Source: a virus. From it: a stretch of DNA of 64,000 nucleotides. The position numbers and the translations under genes are program-made. Below, one piece after another: positions 56,361-64,000 of the stretch. The stretch lies in the IMG/VR virus record IMGVR_UViG_3300025759_000063, positions 48,202 to 112,201 of that record; one strand, given 5' to 3'. Every line of letters starts with the position of its first letter. Positions within the stretch are counted from its first letter, which is position 1. Under the pieces are notes generated by a model. That model was given only the letters and a program-made list of their open reading frames with translations, was not told where the DNA came from and did not search any database.

Positions 56361-59300
56361 CTATGAATTTCCGTAAGTTGATTGTGAAGTGAATACTCTA
56401 TAATCATTTATTACATTCCCACTATCACCAATCCTTATTATAATGTATGTATATACATCGGTATTGCCTGGATTTCCACCAGTATATGCACTTCCACCAT
56501 AGTATTGAATATTTGTTATAGAAGTTCCATCAATAAAAACTTCATTATTATATGCAGCATTTCCTCCAATTGTTGCTAAGAATGCAACGGTTATTGACTT
56601 ACCAACATCTAATATTTCACCTAAAGTTTGAGTAGTTGTTCCTGTAAAATTGACTCCCCAATCACTTGAGGCTGCAGAAGTATAATAGTATACATTATCG
56701 TCACCCAGATACAATGAAACTCTATCTGCGGATGGCTGCTCCGGTGGTGCAAAAGCAGGCCAAGATGAGTTGACAATAGTGGCATTTTCAATAATTTCCG
56801 TAACATTTAAAAGACCGTTAATAAAGGTCTTACCTTCAACTCTTAATTTAATATTACTTTGAATACTTGAAGTTCCGATACCAACACCACCTTTATTATA
56901 ATATGCTAAACTAGTCCCTGTTCCAATAATTTTTTCTCTCCAAATGGAATCTAATCCGGCAACTGTCCCGATTGTACCATTGATTGTGCCATTGAAAACG
57001 CCTGTCCATTCTCCCGCAGCATTCTGTATAGGTGCAAATTTTCTCCATTCACTATTTGTTGTATAAACCCATCCAAGATAACCACCATCACTTGGTTGGG
57101 AGAAGTATGTAACATCTCCCGAAGTTGCTGATGATGTTGGTGTAATGATTCCGACAGTATATTTTCTTGATACTGTTGCATTTCCTTGAATGAAAATGTT
57201 TTGTGCTTCAATTCCTTTTTCGGAATTTGAAGTAATCTTCTTATTGAAAATTACTGGTCCATTAAATTCTGAAATAATATTTTCATTTTTTCCACCATCA
57301 ACTCTGATTGAATCGTTTACAGTTAGTGATTGAACCTCATAGATATTTGCAGATGCAGTGTTTCCTGTATCTGATACAATCTCCTCCCCTCTTACTGAAG
57401 GGACTGGAGAATCAAATACATTTTCTTGACCCGTTGCCGAACTTACTCTCTTGTTTCCAATATAAAAATCACCATCATTATTGGTTCCTGTATAGACGTT
57501 AATGCCACCATCAAGTTTTAGTGCCTGAGTTAGAAGTTCTTCTTGCTCACTTAATTCTCTATCTTGGCGGTCTGGGAAAGCAGTGGAATAGTTTCCGGGT
57601 CCAAATCCAACATATTCAAAAGTATGTCCTGATGCTCTTAAAATTGAATACCTTCTAAATTCTATAGGATATACTGTTATTTTTTTAATGACGCTTGAGT
57701 TTGGATGCTCCGAAGTTCTTGTTCCTAAAACACCTCTCAGCACACTTACAGTATTTGAAGTAATTGTTTTGTTTATTCTGACAACTTCTTCGTCTATTTG
57801 TAAATAATCTCCAATCTTCAGACCAATGTCGGATGCATTTGATATATTAATTGTTCCCGAATTAGCCGATGCTGAAGAAGCAGTAAACCCGGTAATACCA
57901 CCATAATTTACAGATACTCTCGATTCATTTCTAAATGAGTTACTTCCACCTTTAGAAGAATAACCGAAACGATTTGCTGAAATTGTTCCAGTTGTTGCTG
58001 GAATATTGGTAGAAACTCCAACATTAATATTGATTGTGTTTATACCAACAATTCTAGAAACAATGAAGTCACCATTATAAAGTGAACTATCTGCACCAGA
58101 AACTTTGATTTTGTCATAGACTAAAAGTCCATGGCCATTTGTAAATGTAATCGTTGTAATTCCGGTTAGGTTGTTGTAATTTAATGAGGAAACTGAAAGT
58201 TTCTTTCCAGTTAAATCGCAATATGCATTGCTCAATTTAGACAATTCTATTCCCGAAGTTTCTGGGGAAGATATGACACCTGCAGAATTTACTTCAATAG
58301 ATTTACTGTTTGGTATTGCAGTAATACTGTAAAGAGTATTGTATTGACTATAATAATCAGCAATTCCATCAATCTGAATGGTGTCCCCAACAGAATTGTT
58401 AATCGCATTAACAGTGTAAGTTGTAGGAGTCGTATATCCTAAAGTAGTTGCAATACCAACAACAGATACTACGTCTCCAATTTGATATCCACTTCCTGGG
58501 TCCATTATTTCAATATTGATCAATGCACCTGTAGTTCCATTAGTCCTTACAACTGCAGTAGCTCCTTCACCAGAACCTCCTATTAAATCTGCATTGTAAA
58601 GATCTTGTTGAGTTAAATCAAAACCATACCCTACATTATTTGCAGAAATTGATAATCCAGTAATTCCATTTAATCCATGATCAGTTTTTGTATATAAGGT
58701 ATGAGCAATGCCTGCAATATTGCTAACAACTTGAGTTAAAGCAATCCCAACGTTATTATCGGATAAGAATTTGTCTAAAGTTTCTTTTGTTAGACTCTTC
58801 TGTTTATCATTTAAGTATGAATAACCAATTAGTTCGCTAGAAGCAAAAGTTTTTGATGATTGTGGATCTGATTCTACATTATCTCTATCAATTTGTGGAT
58901 AAAAATATTGAATTGGTTGAGAAACTCTCACATCAGAGAATGTAGTTACTCCGGGAGAATTTGAACTATTGGTAACAGAAATATGATAAATTCCATCCTG
59001 TTCATCTTTAACATAATCTTGAATTGGGTCATTTTTATAGGATACATATGTTCCCGAAAGTTTTGTGCGATTGAAGTAGGGTAATGATGTTGTCCTATTT
59101 GAAGTTGTATCAGTAAAAGTTCCGGGATCTGTAGCAAGAGTATATGTAAACTCTTTTCTGCTTATAATTGAATTTACGGTATAATATCCATTAAATCCAG
59201 AAGTTGAAACTCCTAATGTATTATTAGAACTTACTACATTAAATATTGAAACTTCTGAACCAACAGATAACTTATGAGGAATTTCTGTTTTAATTGTTGC

Positions 59301-61844
59301 AACATTTCCTGCCCAAGATGCACCAGAAATAAATCTTGTATTCCTAAGAGATGATATATTGCTTAAAGTTTTTTGAGTACCATCTGGAGAATACTTCTGT
59401 TGAATTTCTGCAGAAGTTTCTGATTTTGATGTTGATTCTTGAATTACAAATCCATCCAAAGGAGGTCTTGCTTTTACTGAAGAATTCTTAGGAATTACAT
59501 ATCTAAACTTATAGACAGTATCTTCAGAACTTCTATTATCAGGTTTTCTTGTAATATATGTTCTTGGGCTTGTTGAACTATACGAACCACCAACTTGATA
59601 TATCTCACTATTTGCATTCGTTTTAATATACCAATGATTTTGAGTATCGTCCCATTGAATTGGGTGTCCAATATCTCCAGAAATTTTATCAGATACTCTA
59701 CTTACTACTTTCAGATTTGCATTTCTTGAATTGTTTATGGTAGCAGCAGAGGATGCTTGATTTCCATTTTCCGCATCATTTAAAGTAAATGCAAGTTTTA
59801 TCTGAGTGTTTCCTAATCCAACTGCTGTTGTGTTTGTGATTGCATAATATACAGTATCAAATTGAATTCCATCAGGAAGTTCTCCCGTTTCACTTACAAC
59901 TCTTATTTTTTCTCCATTAATAAAGTCGTGAGTTGAAGTTAAGGTAATAATATTATTTGAAATGTTATTAACAGTTCCAGTGCTCTTTGCAACATCATAT
60001 TCTTTTTGATATGTCGATTCGGATGTTCCATCCATAACGACAGTTGCAGAATATGTTGTAGATATACCACCAGATGAAAGAATTACTTTTAATTGTTCAT
60101 CTTTCTTTGCTCCAATTCTATATCCTTCTATTACACTTTCAGGAGCAACATTCTCATTATTTTGATCTGCCAAGTATAATCTTGAATTATTTCCAACAAA
60201 ATTAGTTACTGGAAAATCGATTGAATTAAATTCTAAACTTACATCTTTACTGTCAATCTGTTTTGGTGGAATAATTCCTGCAAAGTAACCTTGGTCATCT
60301 CTAGGAAACTTGTCTGGTCTAAATCCTTTCGATAATAATGCTCTAGCTCCAAAGTTTGAGTTTGAGTTTGTAATTGAAATATCGCCACCACTTTCAGATA
60401 TGAAATGATTTGAATATCCAATCGCAAAAATCGAAACTGCTTGAATAAATGCGTTATTGGATGCTTTGATATGATATGATTCGTAGTCTGGTTTGTATAT
60501 TGCTTTAGAATCTATAGAAATATTAGTTACAGATTGCTTGTCAATATAAGTTCCTGTATTTTTATCATACTTGACAAATGCATTTTCGTCTTTTTGAAGT
60601 GATATTCCAGTAAATTGTGCAACAACAACACTCTTAAATCCAGATACCGAATTTCCATCAGCATTTATTCCACAAAGACCAAATACGGAACGAAGAGAAC
60701 AATTGAAAATATATGGAGATGCTGAAGTTACTGTATCAACAATAATGTTTACTGAACCTTCCGGCGATAGAATTTCGTTTGTTGTTGGAGCTACAGGAAC
60801 TTGATACAATATCTCAGTATCGCTAATTACCTCCTTTACGACAAATTGACCACTGTATACTGGATCTCCAATAGAAACTCGAATAGGTGTATCTACATCA
60901 AACCCATCAGTAGTTCCGGCAAGAGTAACTGTAATATTAGTCCTAATTCCTCCACCAAGTCCATCACCGGCAATAATTCTTGTTACACCAATTTCTTGAC
61001 CACGAGATCCAACAATTCTGTACTCATCAATTTTTGTCTGAATGTCTAGATCTGAACTTGGGAAGTCATTATCAATCTTTCTTCCACTATTTACCCCATA
61101 TGCAAGTCCAATTTTTTCATAATACATATCAAGATCTGTTCTATCAAAATCTTGAGTGATAAAAATATCATTAATAGAGACATTATTTGCACCATCTGCA
61201 TACTCAAAAGATGTAAGTTTATGATGCGAAAAATTGGGAACAGTTTTGTTTGATGTATAATCTCTAAAACATAATCCATTTGGATTTGCATCAAATATTG
61301 ATAATTGCCAAATGTAGCAAGCACCAGTTAATCTAAAGATTGCAGATCTTTTAATATTATCATTTTCAGGATTTGGAACGTATTTTGGTCTAATTTTAGT
61401 TTTTCTTAAATCATAACCAACAATGGAAGTTCCTCTGGGGACAATTACACCACCATGAATGGAATTGAATTTATATAATTCATTATTATCTGCGTTGATA
61501 TCAAAATTTGTCTGAATATCAAATTCTCTAAAATCTGTTGACTGAGTTCCATCTCTTTTTAAAAAGTTGGAGCTAGTAAGAGGAATCCATCCAGGACGAT
61601 TGTCAATTAAATAATCGCCGGGATACAAAAGAATTGTTGTATTGCCAAATTTATCATTATCAAGTCCAGGTAAATATGAAAATCTTGCCGCTTCAATTAA
61701 TGCGCGTTGGAGAGTTTTAAATGGCCTTGCTGCACTAGTTCCATCATTTTCAATGGAATCTGTAGAGTCTAGTGCATTTGGATCAACGTATATAATGTTT
61801 CCGCGCAGTGAACGCAAAAAGTTGTCTAATCTAGAAAGACCCAT
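56361..61844 (-). CDS. Large virion structural protein (beta-helix tail-associated)
   Basis: MGLSRLDNFL...IYVDPN..D.TDSIEN.G....RPFKTLQRAL; SPYIFNCSLRS; late promoter ATAAATA upstream. Confidence 0.82.
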   Translation of the reverse strand: MGLSRLDNFLRSLRGNIIYVDPNALDSTDSIENDGTSAARPFKTLQRALIEAARFSYLPGLDNDKFGNTTILLYPGDYLIDNRPGWIPLTSSNFLKRDGTQSTDFREFDIQTNFDINADNNELYKFNSIHGGVIVPRGTSIVGYDLRKTKIRPKYVPNPENDNIKRSAIFRLTGACYIWQLSIFDANPNGLCFRDYTSNKTVPNFSHHKLTSFEYADGANNVSINDIFITQDFDRTDLDMYYEKIGLAYGVNSGRKIDNDFPSSDLDIQTKIDEYRIVGSRGQEIGVTRIIAGDGLGGGIRTNITVTLAGTTDGFDVDTPIRVSIGDPVYSGQFVVKEVISDTEILYQVPVAPTTNEILSPEGSVNIIVDTVTSASPYIFNCSLRSVFGLCGINADGNSVSGFKSVVVAQFTGISLQKDENAFVKYDKNTGTYIDKQSVTNISIDSKAIYKPDYESYHIKASNNAFIQAVSIFAIGYSNHFISESGGDISITNSNSNFGARALLSKGFRPDKFPRDDQGYFAGIIPPKQIDSKDVSLEFNSIDFPVTNFVGNNSRLYLADQNNENVAPESVIEGYRIGAKKDEQLKVILSSGGISTTYSATVVMDGTSESTYQKEYDVAKSTGTVNNISNNIITLTSTHDFINGEKIRVVSETGELPDGIQFDTVYYAITNTTAVGLGNTQIKLAFTLNDAENGNQASSAATINNSRNANLKVVSRVSDKISGDIGHPIQWDDTQNHWYIKTNANSEIYQVGGSYSSTSPRTYITRKPDNRSSEDTVYKFRYVIPKNSSVKARPPLDGFVIQESTSKSETSAEIQQKYSPDGTQKTLSNISSLRNTRFISGASWAGNVATIKTEIPHKLSVGSEVSIFNVVSSNNTLGVSTSGFNGYYTVNSIISRKEFTYTLATDPGTFTDTTSNRTTSLPYFNRTKLSGTYVSYKNDPIQDYVKDEQDGIYHISVTNSSNSPGVTTFSDVRVSQPIQYFYPQIDRDNVESDPQSSKTFASSELIGYSYLNDKQKSLTKETLDKFLSDNNVGIALTQVVSNIAGIAHTLYTKTDHGLNGITGLSISANNVGYGFDLTQQDLYNADLIGGSGEGATAVVRTNGTTGALINIEIMDPGSGYQIGDVVSVVGIATTLGYTTPTTYTVNAINNSVGDTIQIDGIADYYSQYNTLYSITAIPNSKSIEVNSAGVISSPETSGIELSKLSNAYCDLTGKKLSVSSLNYNNLTGITTITFTNGHGLLVYDKIKVSGADSSLYNGDFIVSRIVGINTININVGVSTNIPATTGTISANRFGYSSKGGSNSFRNESRVSVNYGGITGFTASSASANSGTINISNASDIGLKIGDYLQIDEEVVRINKTITSNTVSVLRGVLGTRTSEHPNSSVIKKITVYPIEFRRYSILRASGHTFEYVGFGPGNYSTAFPDRQDRELSEQEELLTQALKLDGGINVYTGTNNDGDFYIGNKRVSSATGQENVFDSPVPSVRGEEIVSDTGNTASANIYEVQSLTVNDSIRVDGGKNENIISEFNGPVIFNKKITSNSEKGIEAQNIFIQGNATVSRKYTVGIITPTSSATSGDVTYFSQPSDGGYLGWVYTTNSEWRKFAPIQNAAGEWTGVFNGTINGTIGTVAGLDSIWREKIIGTGTSLAYYNKGGVGIGTSSIQSNIKLRVEGKTFINGLLNVTEIIENATIVNSSWPAFAPPEQPSADRVSLYLGDDNVYYYTSAASSDWGVNFTGTTTQTLGEILDVGKSITVAFLATIGGNAAYNNEVFIDGTSITNIQYYGGSAYTGGNPGNTDVYTYIIIRIGDSGNVINDYRVFTSQSTYGNS

Positions 61845-61901
61845 TTTATTGCTACTTATAGTTTCCGTTATAAGTTATTTATCACATAAAAAAAACCTCC
61901 C

Positions 61902-62327
61902 TCATCGTTTTTTATTTCCCCAAGTTTTTGTTTGACTATGACAGTTTGGGCACAAAAATCTCAAGTTTTCTTTTCTATTATCGTTATTGATACCATTGAT
62001 ATGGTCTAGTTGCAGAGATATTGGTGCATTATTCCATTCGGTTATACCGCAAGAAGAGCAAGAATATGATAAAATCTCCTCTTTAATTATTCTATTGCGA
62101 AGAGTAGTTTTGTCATATGTAGAGTTCTCGCAATATATCTCTTCATTCAAATATGGCACAGTGCTACGGGATCGCGGAGAAAATAGAGGTTTTATGCTGT
62201 AATACTCCATTTCGCGCCGTAGAGTATTATATGTTTTACTACTTTTATTTAAACCTAATTTTCGGCATACTTCTGCCATACTACGAGCACCATCTATTGC
62301 ATCTACTAATTCCTGTTTATTTCTCAT
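61902..62327 (-). CDS. HNH endonuclease
   Basis: CSSCG...LQLDHINGINNDNRKENLRFLCPNCHSQT. Confidence 0.9.
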   Translation of the reverse strand: MRNKQELVDAIDGARSMAEVCRKLGLNKSSKTYNTLRREMEYYSIKPLFSPRSRSTVPYLNEEIYCENSTYDKTTLRNRIIKEEILSYSCSSCGITEWNNAPISLQLDHINGINNDNRKENLRFLCPNCHSQTKTWGNKKR

Positions 62328-62339
62328 TTACATAAAAAT

Positions 62340-62366
62340 GGACACTTCCTATTTAGGGAAGTGTCC
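62340..62366 (-). promoter_or_regulatory. 10-bp hairpin with late promoter CTAAATA as the loop
   Basis: GGACACTTCC-CTAAATA-GGAAGTGTCC upstream of the HNH gene. Confidence 0.75.
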
Positions 62367-62408
62367 TATTCAGCACAGAGTGCCACTGTTCACACGGAAG
62401 GAAGTTAT

Positions 62409-62437
62409 ATTATAATACAATTATTCTTTTGTGTCAA
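62409..62437 (-). promoter_or_regulatory. Consensus sigma70 promoter TTGACA-17-TATAAT
   Basis: ttgacacaaaagaataattgtattataat on the minus strand. Confidence 0.85.
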
Positions 62438-62544
62438 GTTTTTTTATGATGGAAATAATACTCCAAGTAAAAAACAGAGTGACTGCTACGGCACCCATTG
62501 TGGTTATTGCAACTACACCCTATCTATAAAAAAACTAAGTATTT

Positions 62545-62718
62545 TTACCTAGTTTGTGTTGATTCTAAGATATATTCTACGGTGCTAGCAATATCATTCA
62601 TAGCAACACGAAGATCATGTTGTTGTCCTGATTCTTGACGACATATTGGACGACGATTGTCTGTAAGGGTCCAACGCCAAAGACTCATATCAGCACAATA
62701 CCAAAGATTAATTCTCAT
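62545..62718 (-). CDS. Hypothetical protein (start MRINLWYC)
   Basis: Internal ATG of the track ORF; overlaps the stop of 62708-62863. Confidence 0.6.
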   Translation of the reverse strand: MRINLWYCADMSLWRWTLTDNRRPICRQESGQQHDLRVAMNDIASTVEYILESTQTR

Positions 62719-62863
62719 TTTTGCTATGCTCCAACTTGACCCAGTTAAGAAGTGCATTGATTTCTGCTCTTTTTTCTTCCCCAAAGTCTTGCCCCTTGCT
62801 AAACATGTAGAAGTCTAATGCCTCGATGACATTCTTACGGTCTTTTTGAGATAATAGTGACAT
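62708..62863 (-). CDS. Hypothetical protein (51 aa, MSLLSQKDRKNVIEALDFYMF...)
   Basis: Manual translation. Confidence 0.6.
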   Translation of the reverse strand: MSLLSQKDRKNVIEALDFYMFSKGQDFGEEKRAEINALLNWVKLEHSKNEN

Positions 62864-62882
62864 TTGGAGTTTAATGAACTCA

Positions 62883-62967
62883 AGCTGGAGACAGGATTTG
62901 AACCTGCGGTGTCCTTTCGGAGCGGCATTACAAGTGCCGTGCGTTCGACCTCTACGCTAACTCCAGC
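62883..62967 (-). tRNA. tRNA-Thr(UGU), atypical with long variable arm
   Basis: Acceptor GCTGGAG/CTCCAGC; anticodon arm CGGCA-CTTGTAA-TGCCG; variable stem TCC-GAAA-GGA; T arm GCAGG-TTCAAAT-CCTGT. Confidence 0.8.
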
Positions 62968-62970
62968 AAA

Positions 62971-63240
62971 TTAATCAACAGGCAACATTTCTGGATTTTC
63001 CAGATCTAATTCGAATAAGAGTGGATGGCATTGCTCTTCAATCAAATATGAAGAACATTTGTACATGTCATCAACTTCATACCGCCTTTCTTTGTCTGCG
63101 ATTTTAATTAACTCCTCATCGAATATAGATTCGTCGGGGAGGTCATCGAAAGTAAAGGGAACACCACTTATGAAGTACATAAGCACTATTTGCTTACCTT
63201 CATTGTACCATACATATCTGGCATCAATTCGGTATTTCAT
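62971..63240 (-). CDS. Hypothetical protein between tRNAs
   Basis: ORF track; CTAAATA late motif upstream. Confidence 0.65.
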   Translation of the reverse strand: MKYRIDARYVWYNEGKQIVLMYFISGVPFTFDDLPDESIFDEELIKIADKERRYEVDDMYKCSSYLIEEQCHPLLFELDLENPEMLPVD

Positions 63241-63281
63241 AAGTAGTTCTCTACTTTTGAATATTTAGGGATAAACCCTAA

Positions 63282-63355
63282 TACCCGTGGGCGGATTCGA
63301 ACCGCCGACTGCTCGATTTTAAGTCGAGAACCTCATTCCGCTGGGTCACACGGGC
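63282..63355 (-). tRNA. tRNA-Leu(UAA), short variable loop
   Basis: GCCCGTG/CACGGGT acceptor; CTCGA-CTTAAAA-TCGAG; GGCGG-TTCGAAT-CCGCC; A73. Confidence 0.88.
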
Positions 63356-63377
63356 ATTTGTTGGCGATAAACGCCAA

Positions 63378-63449
63378 TGGTTCTGGAGAGAATTGAACTC
63401 TCTTCTTACACTTATAAGGTGTAGGCTTTAACCAATAAGCAACAGAACC
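63378..63449 (-). tRNA. tRNA-Ile(UAU)
   Basis: GGTTCTG/CAGAACC acceptor; TACAC-CTTATAA-GTGTA; GAGAG-TTCAATT-CTCTC. Confidence 0.85.
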
Positions 63450-63486
63450 GATTATATGACTATTATAGCATTAAAAGAAATAATAG

Positions 63487-63903
63487 TCAACTTTCATTTA
63501 ATTGTCTTCTTTTTTTGTGAAACCCAACTTTTTTATTTAAAGTTTTGTAAGTATCAGTTAAAGAATGGCAATTGGGACACAAAACTCGTAAGTTTTCTTT
63601 GTATCCATTTTCTCTTGAACCGTCTATGTGGTCTATTTCAAGATAAACAACACCATTTACTGGATTTGCTTTCCCCCAACCACATTCAGAACATTTGTGT
63701 CCTGATTCCTCAAGCATATACTTTCTAACAAAATCGCTTGGTCTTCCATCTCTAACCTGTCCGGTTATTTTTTTGGACAACCAATCGCTTATGTTTTGTT
63801 GATAATAATCTTCTTGTTGGCATTTGTTGGAACAATAAAGTCCTTTTCCTTGAGATGGGAAATAATTAAATTGTTTTTTACAATTTTTACAACTTCCTAT
63901 CAT
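63487..63903 (-). CDS. HNH endonuclease with N-terminal Zn-finger
   Basis: CKNC...YCSNKC; CSECG...LEIDHIDG....ENLRVLCPNCHSLT. Confidence 0.9.
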   Translation of the reverse strand: MIGSCKNCKKQFNYFPSQGKGLYCSNKCQQEDYYQQNISDWLSKKITGQVRDGRPSDFVRKYMLEESGHKCSECGWGKANPVNGVVYLEIDHIDGSRENGYKENLRVLCPNCHSLTDTYKTLNKKVGFHKKRRQLNES

Positions 63904-63946
63904 ATTACTTAGAGCAGTGTTTATTTTTATTTATGCTCTAAGTAAT
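63904..63946 (-). promoter_or_regulatory. 13-bp hairpin enclosing late promoter ATAAATA, abutting the HNH start codon
   Basis: Arms ATTACTTAGAGCA 63904-63916 / TGCTCTAAGTAAT 63934-63946. Confidence 0.75.
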
Positions 63947-64000
63947 TTAGGCACTTAACAATTATAAGGCATAAACCTCAGATTGTCAAGTGCTTGTATC

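Noticed and set aside
56621-61324. Short alternative-frame minus-strand ORFs within the 1827-aa gene
   Set aside because: Nested out-of-frame ORFs with Leu/Gln-rich frameshift-like composition
62883-62967. tRNA-Tyr(GUA) reading of the long-armed tRNA
   Set aside because: The 5-bp stem CGGCA/TGCCG fixes a 7-nt loop CTTGTAA with TGT central; GTA would be out of register
1472-63728. All plus-strand ORFs in the track (e.g. 15146-15985, 25448-26125, 17173-17769, 9470-9928)
   Set aside because: Antisense shadows of well-supported minus-strand genes, with no RBS or recognisable motifs
61902-63903. Group I intron around the HNH genes
   Set aside because: Flanking genes and tRNAs are uninterrupted and no intron core elements were recognised; treated as free-standing

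Overview
A 64-kb segment of a T4-like cyanomyovirus (Kyanoviridae-type) genome, with essentially all genes on the minus strand. The cyanophage call rests on the gp6/gp25 baseplate genes, T4-type late promoters (TATAAATA/CTAAATA), a CP12 gene, a CAAD/CurT-like gene and cyanobacterial-type DnaA boxes. In transcription order (right to left): (1) a cluster of tRNAs (Ile-UAU, Leu-UAA, Thr-UGU) with two HNH endonucleases; (2) a ~20-kb block of large virion/tail-fibre genes (42.2-61.8 kb); (3) a ~15-kb cassette (27.3-42.1 kb) in which three paralogous ~950-aa Kelch-like proteins (54 near-identical blades with hypervariable loops) sit among 2OG-Fe(II) oxygenases, glycosyltransferases, an FkbM methyltransferase domain and a sulfotransferase; (4) a ~23-kb accessory/early region of small ORFs punctuated by 18 copies of a 30-bp promoter-like motif, also carrying cp12, a CAAD protein, dam plus a MutH-like nuclease, an SF2 helicase and a ParB-like gene; (5) a non-coding origin-like locus at ~4.5-4.9 kb (divergent sigma70 promoters, 56-bp tandem repeats, DnaA-box cluster, AT-rich tract); (6) conserved genes leading into gp25 and gp6. 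Product calls come from motif recognition by eye; no searches were run.
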